From NCBI GenBank assembly GCA_963835595.1, contig CAWIGL010000002.1, positions 2,534,459-2,598,458 of the forward strand: DNA of 64,000 nt. The letters run 5' to 3'. This stretch comes from an uncultured delta proteobacterium (GTDB lineage Bacteria > Desulfobacterota > Syntrophorhabdia > Syntrophorhabdales > WCHB1-27). A program made the position numbers and the translations under genes. Below the pieces are notes generated by a model that saw only the letters and a program-made list of their open reading frames with translations, did not search any database and was not told the origin of the DNA. Positions 28,001 through 40,632 of this stretch are shown one piece after another. The stretch's first letter is position 1. Each line of letters opens with the position of its first letter.

Positions 28001-29144
28001 CTTCGTAAGGCCCGCCGACCAGATAGCCGAGGAAGACCGCCTTCTCTTCCAGGCCGTCGCACGGGCCGTCATCAGCGACAGCCGGGGAACGCTCGCGGAA
28101 CAGATGGACCGTCGAGGTCCTGCGGAGCCGACAGTTCCCGCCCTGGCTCCGACCCGCACGCATCGCCCCATCCCTCCCGCCATTGCGCCCATGCCGCGAG
28201 AGGACCTGGTATTCTTCAACGGGATAGGGGGATTCACGCCGGACGGCCGGGAGTATGTCATTTCAACCGGCCATGATCAGGTCACACCGGCGCCGTGGGT
28301 AAACGTGCTGGCAAACCCTTTTCTTGGGACCGTTGTCTCCGAGAGCGGTTCTGCCTACACGTGGAGCGAGAATGCCCACGAGTTCCGCCTCACCCCCTGG
28401 CACAACGATCCCGTGAGCGATTCCGGAGGGGAGGCATTCTACATTCGCGACGAAGAACGCGGTCATTTCTGGTCTCCGATGCCGTTTCCCGCCAGGGGCG
28501 CCACGCCTTACGTCACCCGGCACGGGTTCGGCTACTCGGTGTTCGAGCATACCGAGCGTGGAGTCAGCTCCGAGGCGTGGGTGTACGTGGCCATGGACGC
28601 ACCCGTCAAATTCACCGTCCTGAAGGTGCGCAATCGTTCGGGCCGGAGCAGGCGGCTATCCGTGACCGGATATGCGGAATGGGTACTGGGAGATGTGCGG
28701 CCGAAATCAGTCATGCACATCATCACGGAGGTTGACCCTCAAACGGGCGCGCTCCTGGCGCGCAATCCCTACAATACGGAATTCGGCAATCGGGTTACCT
28801 TTTTCAACGTGAACCACGCCACCCGAACCGTGAGCGGCGACCGGACCGAGTTCCTTGGCCGCAACGGCGACCTCGGCCACCCCGCCGCCATGAGCCGGTC
28901 ACGGCTTTCCGGGAGGGTCGGGGCCGCGCTCGATCCATGCGGCGCGATGCAAGTGGCCTTTGATCTCGAAGACGGAGAAGAACGGGAGGTCATCTTCACC
29001 CTCGGCTCGGCGCAGAGTAGCCGACGACGCAGCCGGTCTCGCCAGTCGCTTCCGCGACTCCGTTGCGGCAAGAGAGGCACTCGATGGAGTGTGGCGCTAC
29101 TGGAACCGGACGCTCGGCGCAGTCCGGGTGGAAACACCGGATGA
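22002..29144 (+). CDS. Cyclic beta-1,2-glucan synthase (Cgs/NdvB/ChvB)-like giant protein: N-terminal membrane GT84-type glycosyltransferase region plus start of the GH94 phosphorylase-like region (2380-aa intact ORF)
   Basis: TM clusters near aa 420-480 and 800-1000; TLDTDTELP DxD motif; size and topology match Cgs. Homology leaves this frame at about 29018 and continues in shifted frames to 30624. Confidence 0.75.
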   Translation: MNRNLFPLRAIFHRSALTKKGAGEDAPLRSDLFSASQMEQHGRTLAALHAVGEDHAPERLLARLAANEAVLLEVRDIVAEAVKASRRITPAGEWLLDNFYLIEEQIRTAKRLLPKGYAKGLPRLKDGPSKGLPRVYDVALETISHGDGRVDPEGLESFVAAYQTVTTLRLGELWAIPIMLRLALIENLRRVATRIATDRIDRNFADYWADKITETAETDPKSLILTVADMARSNPPMVSSFVAEFTRRLQGHGAPLALPLTWIEQQLSGSYLTIEQMVQSENQQQAADQLSMSNSIGSLRFLSAMDWREFVERMSTVERTLREDPAGAYGKMAFTTRDRYRHVVEEITKKSGLAEDEVARLAIGLAGEAANGTNGDNRARHVGYYLIDGGLPKLEARVRVRSSVTDMIRNMGRRFSLPVYLGSILSLVLIFAAGMVAETASSGIRGSLLWIVGVLSLFSVSSLAIALVNLFTTRLVTPHPLPRMDFSKGIPPESSTLVVVPTMLTSPENIGHLADALEVRFLANRDDNLRFGLLTDFRDAPEEEPTGDEALLLLARQSIEALNDKYNGPAGDLFFLFHRSRQWNRQEQAWMGYERKRGKLAELNALLRGGAGAGFSLVVGNTKDLSNVRYVITLDTDTELPRDSARQLAGAMAHPLNLPLYDADKGRIVAGYGILQPRVAISLTGTDRSRYARMWGSDAGIDPYTRVVSDVYQDLFGEGSFIGKGIYDVDAFERVLKGRLPENLILSHDLIEGCYVRSGLISDVQLFEEYPSRYGADVSRRRRWIRGDWQVLRWLFPGVPGLNARFRKNPLTPLSRWKILDNLRRSLVSPALTLLALAGWCALPSPWFWAASIIAIVLIPSLIGSLVEILKKPDDVLMGQHLAGAVRSAGRSVTQAIFVLLCLPHEAFFGGAAILHTLWQMLVSGRGLLEWNPSGEAERASRTDLAGSWLAMWIAPVIAAATAGYLLHARPVALTAALPILSLWFISPVIAWWISKPLRPRRSRLTGEQVIFLRKLSRKTWAFFEAFVGRDDHWLPPDNYQEEPLAVVAHRTSPTNMGLALLANLSACDFGYISVGQLIDRTDKAFRTMAGLEQHRGHFYNWYDTESLKPLLPIYVSSVDSGNLAASLLTLRAGLLALPDEKPLGARFFDGLGDTLMVLSDAVGTSRPAALARMEKDLESARASRPDSTLITVKESIDRLAASATELVRDLSTPPDGDALWWARTFTAQCRAALDELTLWLPWTRLPSTLKDSPGFSNIPTLRQLACLDDIASSLRARERIAVLADLAGLSWEFALRMEWDFLYDRARHLLTIGYNVSNSRRDDSYYDLLASEARLSSFIAIALGQLPQESWFALGRLLTVAGGEPILLSWSGSMFEYLMPLIVMPTYEHTLLDQTCKAAVARQIDYGKKRGVPWGISESGYYMIDGHLNYQYSAFGVPGLGLKRGLAGDLVVAPYASALALMLAPEEAARNLEALASRGILGRYGFYDAIDYTPTHLPRGRSSAVVRSFMAHHQGMSLLSLVYLLLDRPMQKRFESDPAFQATVLLLKERLPKATAFYSHASELSETHTARHSAEEKPVRVYSTPHTPTPEVQLLSNGRYHVMITNAGGGYSRWKDIAVTRWREDTTCDNWGTFCYIRDVASGVYWSTAYQPVKKASKEYEAIFSEGRAEFRRQDEGLDTHTEIGVSPEDDAELRRITITNHSETARTIDITSYAEVVLALPAADALHPAFSNLFVQTEVIRPQSAIIATRRPRSVDEQPPWMFHVMAVHGADKGEMSYETDRMRFIGRGKTVAAPAAMSSLSPLSGSEGPVLDPIVAVRCRITLASAASASVNVVTGVGETRDECMRMVGKYQDRHLADRVFELAWTHSQVLLRQINATEADVQLYARLAASVLYANSALRAAPGLLLKNLRGQSGLWGYSISGDLPIVLLRIEDQANIELARQLIQAHAYWRLKGLAVDLVVWNEDHAGYRQALHDQIMGLIAAGADANLQDRPGGIFVRPADQIAEEDRLLFQAVARAVISDSRGTLAEQMDRRGPAEPTVPALAPTRTHRPIPPAIAPMPREDLVFFNGIGGFTPDGREYVISTGHDQVTPAPWVNVLANPFLGTVVSESGSAYTWSENAHEFRLTPWHNDPVSDSGGEAFYIRDEERGHFWSPMPFPARGATPYVTRHGFGYSVFEHTERGVSSEAWVYVAMDAPVKFTVLKVRNRSGRSRRLSVTGYAEWVLGDVRPKSVMHIITEVDPQTGALLARNPYNTEFGNRVTFFNVNHATRTVSGDRTEFLGRNGDLGHPAAMSRSRLSGRVGAALDPCGAMQVAFDLEDGEEREVIFTLGSAQSSRRRSRSRQSLPRLRCGKRGTRWSVALLEPDARRSPGGNTG

Positions 29145-30624
29145 GTCCGTCAATTTCCTTGCCAACGGCTGGCTCCTGTATCAGACGCTCGCCTGTCGTC
29201 TCTGGGGACGAAGCGGCTACTACCAGTCGGGCGGCGCTTTTGGCTTCCGCGACCAGTTGCAGGATACCATGGCCCTCATCCACGCCGAGCCGCGCCTCGT
29301 GCGGGAACACCTGCTTACTTGCGCGGGCCGCCAGTTTTCCGAAGGAGATGTTCAGCATTGGTGGCATCCGCCGGCGGGCCGCGGGGTGCGCACCCACTGT
29401 TCCGATGACTTCCTCTGGCTCCCCCTCGCAACGTGCCGCTACGTCCAGAGTACCGGCGATACGGGGGTACTGGACGAATCGGTTCACTTCATCAAAGGAC
29501 GCCCGGTCAATCCGGAGGAGGACTCCTATTATGACCTTCCGGGCCGGTCCGGGGAGACGGCCAGCGCTTTACGATCATTGCGTGCGGGCCATCAATCGGG
29601 GCCTCAAGGAAGGTGAACACGGCCTTCCCCTCATCGGTTCCGGGGACTGGAACGACGGCATGAACATGGTGGGCCGGGAAGGCAAAGGCGAGAGTGTCTG
29701 GCTGGCGTTCTTCACGTGTGAGGTGCTTGGCCGGTTCTCCCGGCTCGCGCGGCTCCGGGGTGATCTCGATTTCAGTAAGAAGTGTGAGAGCGAGGTAGGC
29801 AGGCTCCGCCGCAGCATCGAACAGAACGGATGGGATGGTGCAGTGGTATCGCCGCGCCTACTTCGATGACGGCACCCCCCTCGGCTCGGCGGGCAACCCT
29901 GAATGCCGGATCGACTCGATAGCGCAAAGCTGGTCCGTGCTCTCGGGTGCGGGTGACGCCGTCCGTTCCCGGATGGCGATGGACGCCCTCGATACGCATC
30001 TGGTCCACCGCACGACGCCTTGTCCAGCTTCTGGACCCACCATTTGACAAATCCAACCTGAATCCGGGTTACATCAAAGGGTATCTCCCCGGCGTGAGGG
30101 AAAACGGCGGACAGTACACCCACGGGGCGATATGGGCGGCCATGGCATTTGCGAAACTTGGTGACAGCCAACGGGCGTGGGAGCTTCTCACCATGATCAA
30201 CCCGGTGAACCACGGGAAGTCCGCACAGGGTATAGAACGATATAAGGTTGAGCCCTACGTCGTCGCGGCCGACGTCTACGCAGTCCCGCCGCACACGGGA
30301 AGGGGCGGATGGACATGGTACACGGGGTCGGCCGCATGGATGTACCGTTTTATCGTGGAATCGCTCCTTGGTCTCACGATAGAAACCGACAAGCTGTCCT
30401 TTACGCCCTGCATCCCCGCTGAATGGGATGGTTTCACAATGCGCTATCGCTTCCGTGAAACCACCTACCACATAAAGGTCCGGCAAGGACACGCAGGAGA
30501 AGTTGAGGCAGCGACCGTCTCCCTGGATGGGGTCGTGCAGGAAGGGAAGGAAATACCCCTTGTTGACGACCGGGGGGAACATTTCGTGGAAGTGACGGCG
30601 GTGTCACGATCCTTTCCGGGATGA
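29019..30624 (+). pseudogene. C-terminal GH94 catalytic portion of the same Cgs-like gene, in three shifted frames (apparent +1 insertions near 29018, 29566, 29847 and 30010)
   Basis: GH94 signatures follow in successive frames: [17 protein letters not shown]...[97 protein letters not shown]...GRGGWTWYTGSAAWMYR. The full gene would be ~2870 aa. Confidence 0.6.
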
Positions 30625-30902
30625 GATTCCCCGGACAGTTGGAGGCGGACTATACCTCATGTCATCCGCGCGCGCACTCACGGACCGTACGAATAAGCTC
30701 TGGTCCGGCGGTGACCTCGATGTTCCGCTGATCGTGATGAAGGATCCGTCGAAGAAGGCATTGATGATATTCCCCCTAAATATCTCAAAACGATACAAAT
30801 ACAGGAACATTACCATCGGCAATCCATAAAAATGGTTGCCCATGCGGGATCCCCCTGAAATCGCCCCATGATACAAGTTCTCGTCTGTTCCCGTAAGGCG
30901 CC

Positions 30903-30950
30903 TCTGACTTTAGAAAAAGAAATACCCCGGTCAGGTTGCCACAAGGCAGC
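30903..30950 (-). terminator. Rho-independent terminator for the flotillin-like gene (16-bp stem with one mismatch, loop ACAA, T-rich tail on minus strand)
   Basis: CCCCGGTCAGGTTGCC / GGCAGCCTGACCGGGG about 40 nt past the stop; minus-strand read ends TATTTCTTTTTCT. Confidence 0.55.
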
Positions 30951-30989
30951 CTGACCGGGGCGATCGAACCGGAGCTGAACCAACTGTTC

Positions 30990-33011
30990 TTATTTTGCTA
31001 TGTCGGCGGAGGGTTGGCTCGATGAGCGTTCCGCGGCCGATGCCGGAACATTCGCCACGGTCCCGGGCGCGAGCTTGGCCATCAGGAGCGCCCCTAACCC
31101 TTCCAAGACTCCGCCACCCGAACCACTGCCGCCAACGACAAAGGTGTTGGGCGTGAACGGAACGGTGCTTTTCGAGAGAGCCTCGACCGCGTTAACGAGA
31201 GCCGTGGCCCCCTGACCCAATGCCTCGACCTGTTTTTGGTAGGCCTCGGCCCTGGCCAAGCCGATGGCCCTGACTTGAGCGCCTTGGGCAGCGCCGGTCC
31301 GCTCGATGTAGGTGGCCTCGCCGTCGGCCTCGGCCTTGCGAGCTTCGGCGTTATTCTTCTTGATATTCACGCCGACCGCCGACTGAGCAAGCCCCGCCTG
31401 CATGTCGGCAGTTCCTTTGGCTTTCTCGGTCTCGACGCGCTGGTCTTGGGCCTGCCTCTGCATCTTGAAGGTCTCAACTTCCTGATGAGCCACCTCGCGC
31501 TGAGTCAGCACCGTGACCAGCGGCTCCGGGTAAATCACATCCTGGATGTAGACGCCCCGGGTCTCGATTTCGTACTCGGCGAGCTTTTCTTGTATATACT
31601 GGAACGCTTCCTCCTGAACAATCTGGCGTGTCTGGATAAACTTGATCGCTTCCATGCCGCCGATCTTGTCGCGGAAGAGGTTGCCGACGGCCGCCTGCAG
31701 GACTTCGTTCACCAGGTTTTCCATTGAACCGACCATGGAAATAACCCGAGGCGCCTTTGTGTCCGGCACGTGAATCAGCACCTGGAGATCGATGGAGAAC
31801 ACGAAGCCCTCATTGCTCTTGGCGGTGATAGGCTCAAGACGTGCATCGAGCCCGTGAGCCCCGGTCACGTCTTTAGCCCAGTCGAGCTTGAGGATAGCCG
31901 TGAGGACCACCTTGGCGTCGTAGATCCTGGGGTTGATGGGATACTTTCCGGTTCTTAATGCTTCTTGCCAGATACCTTGATGGCCGGGCCGCACCAGGCT
32001 CCCAAACTTGAAACCTGCGCCTGAAATATCCTGAGTCGGCAAACCAACGTAGGCTTTAATGACACCGACTTGGCCTTGTTCGACAACCAGCATCGGGACC
32101 TGTTCTACGCGTACCAGGAACGGGTTCAGGTTATATGCGCCGTAGAGAAGCGGGTCGTGCTGGAGGCCGATTTTTCCACCGGCATCCAAAAACTTTTGGA
32201 AATCCTGGTAGTTGTTATGCAAGTCGTTCTTGCTCCCAAGGATTAGCCCCATTAGCTGGAAGTCGGTGACGTCATCTTTCTTTTCAAGTTCTTTGATGTC
32301 CTCAAACTTTCCAAGCCGGCTGGCGATGGCGCCCGCTGGAAGCGGCTCGCCATCGAGTGTCGTGACGATGCCTATCATGTCCAGGACTTTTCCTCCCTCA
32401 GCGGGTTTTGGCGCAATGCGGGTGACCTCCAGTTGCATGGCTTCAAGGCCGAAAGCTGCGACCGTAAGCCCGTCTTTTGCTCCGGCAAGTTTCCTGTATT
32501 CATCGGAAACCGGCACGCCAAAGACCTGCGGCTTGGTAATGACCAAAAAAGCCACGGGGTGAATCGGAGCCAGCGTGCCCGGAGAGAGAACCGGCCTCTG
32601 AACGCCTTTTTGGCCGCCCTTCTCAATAAAGATTTTTAGATCAGTGAAATTACCGAACTCGGGTTTGTATACGCCCGATTTTGCGCCGATAGGTGTCGGC
32701 TGGCCGACTTGCGCGATCACCACGCCGATTTGGCCCGCAGGCACTTGAACCCACGGATGTTTCGTGACGTCGTAAACCAGGCAAAGCTTGAAACGGAGGC
32801 CGGGCATGAGTAGCTCGGCCTGATAACCGGCTTCGCCCACGAAAGCCACCGGGTTGTTGCCGGGCAGTTTAGCTCCGAACCGTTTACGGACCAGTCCGAT
32901 CTGGGTCGGGCCGATGCTGTAAATCGATTTGAAAGACACCGCTACTATGAAGAGCACCAGCAAACCGATTAGCGCACCTTCCGGAAACACGAAAGACGTT
33001 GTTCCTAACAT
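30990..33011 (-). CDS. Flotillin-like SPFH/band-7 membrane protein (YqiK-like), 673 aa from MLGTT (ORF-track start at 33062 would overlap the conserved leader element)
   Basis: N-terminal TM (MLGTTSFVFPEGALIGLLVLFIVAVSF), SPFH core, Ala/Gln/Glu-rich coiled-coil tail; ATG 33011 preceded by GGGGAGGG. Confidence 0.75.
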   Translation of the reverse strand: MLGTTSFVFPEGALIGLLVLFIVAVSFKSIYSIGPTQIGLVRKRFGAKLPGNNPVAFVGEAGYQAELLMPGLRFKLCLVYDVTKHPWVQVPAGQIGVVIAQVGQPTPIGAKSGVYKPEFGNFTDLKIFIEKGGQKGVQRPVLSPGTLAPIHPVAFLVITKPQVFGVPVSDEYRKLAGAKDGLTVAAFGLEAMQLEVTRIAPKPAEGGKVLDMIGIVTTLDGEPLPAGAIASRLGKFEDIKELEKKDDVTDFQLMGLILGSKNDLHNNYQDFQKFLDAGGKIGLQHDPLLYGAYNLNPFLVRVEQVPMLVVEQGQVGVIKAYVGLPTQDISGAGFKFGSLVRPGHQGIWQEALRTGKYPINPRIYDAKVVLTAILKLDWAKDVTGAHGLDARLEPITAKSNEGFVFSIDLQVLIHVPDTKAPRVISMVGSMENLVNEVLQAAVGNLFRDKIGGMEAIKFIQTRQIVQEEAFQYIQEKLAEYEIETRGVYIQDVIYPEPLVTVLTQREVAHQEVETFKMQRQAQDQRVETEKAKGTADMQAGLAQSAVGVNIKKNNAEARKAEADGEATYIERTGAAQGAQVRAIGLARAEAYQKQVEALGQGATALVNAVEALSKSTVPFTPNTFVVGGSGSGGGVLEGLGALLMAKLAPGTVANVPASAAERSSSQPSADIAK

Positions 33012-33027
33012 TGATTCCCTCCCCTTT

Positions 33028-33094
33028 GTTTGACAAACTGCACTATGATACCGTGGCTGCACGTAACGCAGGATTGGCCTGCGCCTTCCGTCAA
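33028..33094 (-). promoter_or_regulatory. Conserved ~65-nt leader element shared with groES (copy 1, upstream of flotillin-like gene)
   Basis: Minus-strand TTGACGGAAGGCGCAGGCCAATCCTGCGTTACGTGCAGCCACGGTATCATAGTGCAGTTTGTCAAA is ~70% identical to the groES element, with an internal dyad and a TATCATAGT/CATTATAGT box ~35 nt before each ATG. Confidence 0.35.
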
Positions 33095-33107
33095 CCTCCC
33101 TATTCGA

Positions 33108-33136
33108 ATAAAGGGGGACCGCAGGGTCCCCCTTTG
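33108..33136 (-). terminator. groEL terminator hairpin AAAGGGGGACC-GCA-GGGTCCCCCTTT
   Basis: Perfect 11-bp stem ~50 nt downstream of the groEL stop, flanked by A/T. Confidence 0.45.
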
Positions 33137-33186
33137 ATTCGTTGTCTTCTATTCGTTGTCCCTCTTCTTCCTTTGGGACCTGCCGG

Positions 33187-34845
<1,659 letters not shown>

Positions 34846-34851
34846 CTACTC

Positions 34852-35142
34852 TTAGTCTTCGATGATAGCGAGAATGTCATCCTCCCTCAGGATCAGGTGG
34901 TCCTCGCCGTCAATCTTGATATCCGTGCCCGAGTATTTGCCGAAGAGGATCTTATCGCCCACCTTTACTTCGGGGGTCACTCTATGTCCCTTCTCGGTCA
35001 TCTTGCCGGCCCCGACGGCAACCACGCGCCCTTCCTGGGGTTTCTCTTTGGCCGCATCGGGAATGATGATCCCACCCTTTGTCTTCTCCTCCTCTTCGAG
35101 CCTCTTGATGATGATTCTGTCCTGTAATGGTGTGAACTTCAT
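34852..35142 (-). CDS. groES: Co-chaperonin GroES (96 aa)
   Basis: [38 protein letters not shown]...; 18 nt upstream of groEL; AGGAAAGGAG RBS. Confidence 0.95.
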   Translation of the reverse strand: MKFTPLQDRIIIKRLEEEEKTKGGIIIPDAAKEKPQEGRVVAVGAGKMTEKGHRVTPEVKVGDKILFGKYSGTDIKIDGEDHLILREDDILAIIED

Positions 35143-35164
35143 TGTTTCACGCTCCTTTCCTCAC

Positions 35165-35230
35165 TTTGAGGAATCTGACTATAATGCCGTGGTTGCATGT
35201 CGCGCGAGATCTGCCCGCGCCGTCTGTCAA
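35165..35230 (-). promoter_or_regulatory. Conserved ~65-nt leader element shared with the flotillin-like gene (copy 2, upstream of groES); no CIRCE/HrcA operator
   Basis: Minus-strand TTGACAGACGGCGCGGGCAGATCTCGCGCGACATGCAACCACGGCATTATAGTCAGATTCCTCAAA; see copy 1. Confidence 0.35.
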
Positions 35231-35544
35231 TCTCTCTATTCACACGTTCTTTCCGGAGCCGCTCCTGCCTGAAACGCCTGCGGCTAATCCTCACCGAAGC
35301 CTCGTCAAATAGCGCGCTTTCCATCCTGCGGCCCTCACCGGTCCGCTTTTGTCTTTCCGCCCCGCCCCACAAACGGTCCATTCACGGTGATACGCCTTAG
35401 ATATTGATAATAAAAGGGGGCTTGAGATACAAGGAGGCAAACCGTGACTATCGGCCCAACTATTCCATTATCTGTATCTAGTATAAACCTTATTATTGCG
35501 GTGCGCAACAAGGGGGTAGGCCGATGGTCGATGGCGGCTGAAGG

Positions 35545-35755
35545 CTCGGATTGCCGCATTGGCAAGGCCGGCCCCGCCGGCTATGCCTTAAAGGGATGGC
35601 GGTCGGGGGCCTGTTTTGGCGCGGGAAGCACCGCCAGGATGCTGGGGACCGCCAGGTTAAGGACCGAGCTGCGGTGGCGCAGGTAATCGTACATCGGTTG
35701 AGGCCTGGCGCCGATCTGGGCCTTCGGTCCGAGGGCTGTGCGGCCCAGGACGACG
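35545..35755 (-). repeat. Source copy of the ~200-bp inverted duplication (3' end of the femAB-like gene plus ~40 nt downstream)
   Basis: Reverse complement matches 21093-21300 at ~88% identity. Confidence 0.7.
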
Positions 35756-36966
35756 CGCGACGCTCGCATCTCGATTGCCTGTGACACACACGCGTAGACC
35801 AGGGAGACGTACAGCGGAAGGTCTCCGGCCGCGGCAGCCTTGTCGAAGCCCATGTAGTAGCCAAAGGCGCTGTCCCCGTCCCGGATGATGGTGATGAAAC
35901 CGAGGATCTTGCCGCCTTCCTTGGGGCGGGCCACCACAGTACGAAAATCGTTCTGATAATGGCGTGCAAGGACGGGGATCCACTTTTCTCTGATAGTCGC
36001 CAGGCGCAGCTTCTTGCGATCGTGCACCTGATGGTAGAGCCCGTAGATCTCGGCGGCGAGGGCCTCCACCTCGTCCGGAGTGATGCGCTCGAGCACGATC
36101 CCTGATTCATCCAGGCTTTGTAGGGTCTTTTTTATCCTGGTCCGATAGGCGGACTTCATGTCATTGAGGCAATCGTCAAACCCGGCCCAGGATGGTTTTA
36201 GCTCAAGCACCATGTTCGGCTCCGTCTCGAAGCGGCGAAAATTGAAATTCCGCAAGGCTGCCCCCGCCCCGGCCTGCTCGTCCGTCAGGTCCTTTATCAT
36301 CACCATGTCCGACTCGCCGAAGATTGTGCTGGACCTCCTTATGCGGCTAAGCGCCTCTACTACCGCCGGCCAGAGCCTCGCCGGGTCTTCGCCCTCGGCG
36401 AAGGCAGCACCGTGCGGACCCGTAGAAAGCAGGTTTCCGCAGACTAAGAAGCGCAAGTGGACCCAGGCAACCGGGAATTCCGCGGCACGCTCTGCGACCT
36501 TCAGCAGGTGCCGAAAGCGGTGCCAGAGGTTTGCTGCTACGTCAGGCCACAACTCCCCCGGGACGGCCGCCGGCACAGCTTCCCCACGGAAGGGCCACAG
36601 CAAGAGATCGTCGTACAGCAGAACCCGCTTGCGGACCCGGCTGATGGAGCGCTGCGAAGCCTCTCCCAGGGAATGCCAAAAACCGGGCGTCTTTTCGGGA
36701 AGGCTACCGGGGGACAGGTCCGCAACCCGGATCTCAAGGCTTTGCGCAACCACTGTGGCAACGGGCCTGTCACCTGCGTAAACGATGGCATAGTACGTGG
36801 ATAGGTTGCCGGGGAGGTGCTGTTCCAGAAGCCGAAGGAAGGGGCGCGAGAGGAACAGCCCGGAACGGGCCGCCACGCGGTCCCAGTCATCGGGGTTCAG
36901 AAAGGCGATGGAATCGGCAAGGACAAAACGCAATTCGGGAGGGGCAATGGGATCGGATTCAGACAT
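35581..36966 (-). CDS. FemAB-like GNAT-fold acyltransferase of the PEP-CTERM/exosortase-associated type (461 aa)
   Basis: ~460 aa, C-terminal region ...GFITIIRDGDSAFGYYMGFD...VVLGRTALGPKAQIGARP typical of the FemAB-related/BioF2-like acyltransferase family; adjacent to EPS genes. Confidence 0.6.
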   Translation of the reverse strand: MSESDPIAPPELRFVLADSIAFLNPDDWDRVAARSGLFLSRPFLRLLEQHLPGNLSTYYAIVYAGDRPVATVVAQSLEIRVADLSPGSLPEKTPGFWHSLGEASQRSISRVRKRVLLYDDLLLWPFRGEAVPAAVPGELWPDVAANLWHRFRHLLKVAERAAEFPVAWVHLRFLVCGNLLSTGPHGAAFAEGEDPARLWPAVVEALSRIRRSSTIFGESDMVMIKDLTDEQAGAGAALRNFNFRRFETEPNMVLELKPSWAGFDDCLNDMKSAYRTRIKKTLQSLDESGIVLERITPDEVEALAAEIYGLYHQVHDRKKLRLATIREKWIPVLARHYQNDFRTVVARPKEGGKILGFITIIRDGDSAFGYYMGFDKAAAAGDLPLYVSLVYACVSQAIEMRASRVVLGRTALGPKAQIGARPQPMYDYLRHRSSVLNLAVPSILAVLPAPKQAPDRHPFKA

Positions 36967-37161
36967 AGCTTCCTTCCTATTGTGTTATCCAGGCGTGGGA
37001 CAGCCAGCACGTCTGCCGTAAAAGTCTACCTTAGTTGGTTATAAAAAACGACAATTCCTTACAGAAACCTAGATGGGGAAAGGTCAGGTCGTGGGTGCCC
37101 GGCAAAAGCAGGCATCGGTTTCTATCCTGGGAATCCTGTACTCGATTCTTTTAAAAAAAAG

Positions 37162-37235
37162 TGCCCCCGGCGTGACTCGAACACGCGGCACCAGGATTAG
37201 GAATCCTGTGCTCTATCCACCTGAGCTACGGGGGC
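37162..37235 (-). tRNA. tRNA-Arg (anticodon CCT), 74 nt, no encoded CCA, followed by a T-run
   Basis: Cloverleaf: acceptor GCCCCCG/CGGGGGC, D-arm GCTC-AGGTGGATA-GAGC, anticodon arm CAGGA-TTCCTAA-TCCTG, variable GTGCC, T-arm GCGTG-TTCGAGT-CACGC, discriminator A. Confidence 0.85.
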
Positions 37236-37419
37236 ACGTAGAAATTGTACTCATTGAGATGGCAATCTACAACCGTTTCTAAGGTTTTTCTATCACGGAA
37301 GCGGTGGCGGGGTCAAGTGTTTCATCCGCGCCGGCCCCATTCGCCGGCCGCTCCGCGGAAAGTCCATGGAACAAAGTCCACCGAACAAATTCTTGCCGTA
37401 GGTAAAGGTTTCATAATAG

Positions 37420-38436
<1,017 letters not shown>

Positions 38437-38963
38437 TAAAGCGCCGTCCGCACTGGACGGCAAGCGGCATAGACTACGTTTTCCGATAAGACCGCGAAAA
38501 AAACCGATCTCCCCGGAAGTTTATGCTTTTGGCAGCCCCGGCCGATAATATCCACAGGACTGACGGAGGGCCGGCGCGCAGGCGCGCCGGCTCGTCGTGG
38601 TGCTGCGGCTCAAGGAAGGCGCGGATACGGCAGAAACAAAATAATTGCCGGGACTAAGCTTTTGTAATAGAATACGTACTGATTTACAGGGCGCATCAGA
38701 GAAAGTTGCAGTTTGTTTTATAATTCTTCGGTCCCGGTAATGAAGCGCCAGCAGCACGCCTCGTGGCGGTAGCCCCTTCGAGGACAGCCATTGTCCGGTA
38801 TTCGACACCTCACTTCTTGCTGTCCGGCCTGCGGAGCGGTCCCAGATTATGCACGTCCCCATATGAGGGCGAAGGGACGGATGCGGCTTGAAGACCACCT
38901 TCCGCGCTTCAGCGGAAACGTGCCTGCGGGGCTGAAAGCGTCCATCCCCGAATAGCGACGAGA

Positions 38964-40601
38964 ATGGTCAGCACCCTTCTCATATCAACCTTCGTAACCA
39001 TCCTCTTTATCCCACTTTTCAGCAAAGCGGCGCTTAAGCTGAATATCGGGCTGGACATGCCGAACGGGAGGAAGGTGCACCAGCATCCCATACCCAGGGT
39101 GGGCGGGGTCGCGATGATCCTGGGTGTTTATGCATCCTCCCTTTTTTTTGCGCCGAACGAGCATTTCCTGAAGGCGTACGTGATATCGAGCCTGTTCATC
39201 GTCTGCTTCGGCATCATGGACGATTTTAAAGGCATCGACTTTCGCCTCAAATTTCTTGCGCAGGTGGTAGCGGCGCTCGTGATCGTCACATACGGCGGAG
39301 TCAAGATCAAGAGCCTCGGCGGACTGCTGCCCGAAGAAATGCTGCTGCCGGAGACGATCTCCTTGCTGTTGACGGTCATTGCCATCGTCGGCGTTACCAA
39401 TGCGGTCAACCTGGCGGACGGGCTCGACGGCCTTGCTGGAGGCATCTGCCTTTTGAGCTTCTGCTGTATATCCTACCTCGCCTACCTGGAGGGGGAAGTC
39501 ACGCTATGCCTCCTGGCCCTTGCCCTGGCAGGCGCCATATTCGGTTTTCTGAGGTACAATACGTACCCGGCCGAGCTTTTCATGGGCGATACGGGGAGCC
39601 AGTTCCTAGGTTTCTCGGCGATCACCCTGTCGCTGGCCCTCACGCAGCGCCAGACGCCCCTGAGCCCGCTTTTGCCCCTTCTTATACTCGGGTTTCCCGT
39701 GCTCGATACGCTCACGGTAATGGCCCAGAGACTTTCTGAAAGGAAGTCCCTTTTTGCAGCCGACAGGAACCATTTTCACCATAAGCTGATGAGCCTCGGT
39801 TTCTATCACAGCGAGTCCGTGCTGGTTATCTACACGGTCCAGGCATTGCTCGTCAGCGCCGCCTTCATCTTCAGGTTCAACACGGAATGGTTTATCCTTG
39901 TAAGCTATCTGTTGTTCTCGGCGGCGGTTCTCGCCGGATTTCACATTGCGCGAAGCCGCCACTGGAAGCTGCACAGGTATCACTTCCTCGACCACATCAT
40001 CAAGGGCCGGCTGAGGGGCCTGCGCGGGCAGGGGATTGTCATCAGGACGTGCTTCAGCGTGGCGCGCTTCGGCGTGCCTTTGCTACTCTTCGTTACCTGT
40101 CTGCTCCCTTCCGAGATACCTTCCGGCCTCTCCCTCCTGTCTGTCGCTTTCCTGGGCGCCCTGCTGCTAGTCTGGTGTTTCAAGAAGGCCTGGATGAGGG
40201 GATGCCTCACGGCCGTCGTCTACCTGTTCGTGCCTTTCATCATCTCTCTCGATGTCGAGAAGGGCAGCAACGTGGGCGACGTATTATCCAAGCTCTATAA
40301 CCTGTCTTATATACTCCTCATCTTTTTCGTCGTCCTCACCCTGAAATTCACGAGGAGGAGGCAGGGTTTCAAGACGACCCCCATGGACTTCCTTATCCTT
40401 TTCATCGCCCTTGTCGTCCCCCACGCGCTCTCCCGGTATCTGCACATAGAAAATCTTACGATTATCGCTGCGAAGACGGTCATGTTCTATTTCAGCTACG
40501 AGGTCCTTATAGGCGAGCTGCGGGGAAAGCTTACGAGGCTTGCCGCAGCGAGCATGTTGCCTTTGATTGCCGTGATGGTGCGGGGGTTGACGCACTGGTG
40601 A
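38964..40601 (+). CDS. MraY/WecA-family (GT4) polyprenyl-phosphate sugar-1-phosphate transferase with an extra C-terminal membrane domain (545 aa)
   Basis: NAVNLADGLDGLAGG motif, multi-TM, MGDTGSQFLGF; initiating transferase of an EPS/O-antigen-type pathway. Confidence 0.75.
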   Translation: MVSTLLISTFVTILFIPLFSKAALKLNIGLDMPNGRKVHQHPIPRVGGVAMILGVYASSLFFAPNEHFLKAYVISSLFIVCFGIMDDFKGIDFRLKFLAQVVAALVIVTYGGVKIKSLGGLLPEEMLLPETISLLLTVIAIVGVTNAVNLADGLDGLAGGICLLSFCCISYLAYLEGEVTLCLLALALAGAIFGFLRYNTYPAELFMGDTGSQFLGFSAITLSLALTQRQTPLSPLLPLLILGFPVLDTLTVMAQRLSERKSLFAADRNHFHHKLMSLGFYHSESVLVIYTVQALLVSAAFIFRFNTEWFILVSYLLFSAAVLAGFHIARSRHWKLHRYHFLDHIIKGRLRGLRGQGIVIRTCFSVARFGVPLLLFVTCLLPSEIPSGLSLLSVAFLGALLLVWCFKKAWMRGCLTAVVYLFVPFIISLDVEKGSNVGDVLSKLYNLSYILLIFFVVLTLKFTRRRQGFKTTPMDFLILFIALVVPHALSRYLHIENLTIIAAKTVMFYFSYEVLIGELRGKLTRLAAASMLPLIAVMVRGLTHW

Positions 40602-40632
40602 CGCGCTAATCTAACCTTACAAGGAGACGAGA

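Noticed and set aside
30604-30876. 90-aa minus-strand ORF (MYHGAISGGSRMGNHFYGLPMVMFLYLYRF...) in the lower-GC gap after the Cgs-like gene
   Set aside because: It overlaps the extreme 3' end of the Cgs-like reading frame, and has no RBS or recognisable domain. It could be a degraded remnant; coding status is unsupported
35143-35580. CIRCE (HrcA) or HAIR (HspR) operator upstream of groES, and an 80-aa GTG-initiated plus-strand ORF (35444-35686) with AAGGAGG
   Set aside because: No TTAGCACTC-N9-GAGTGCTAA or CTTGAGT-N7-ACTCAAG match found. The small ORF overlaps the 3' end of the femAB-like gene and becomes low-complexity, and its RBS may be coincidental
37073-37282. 69-aa ORF overlapping the tRNA-Arg gene
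   Set aside because: The region folds into a canonical tRNA cloverleaf on the opposite strand
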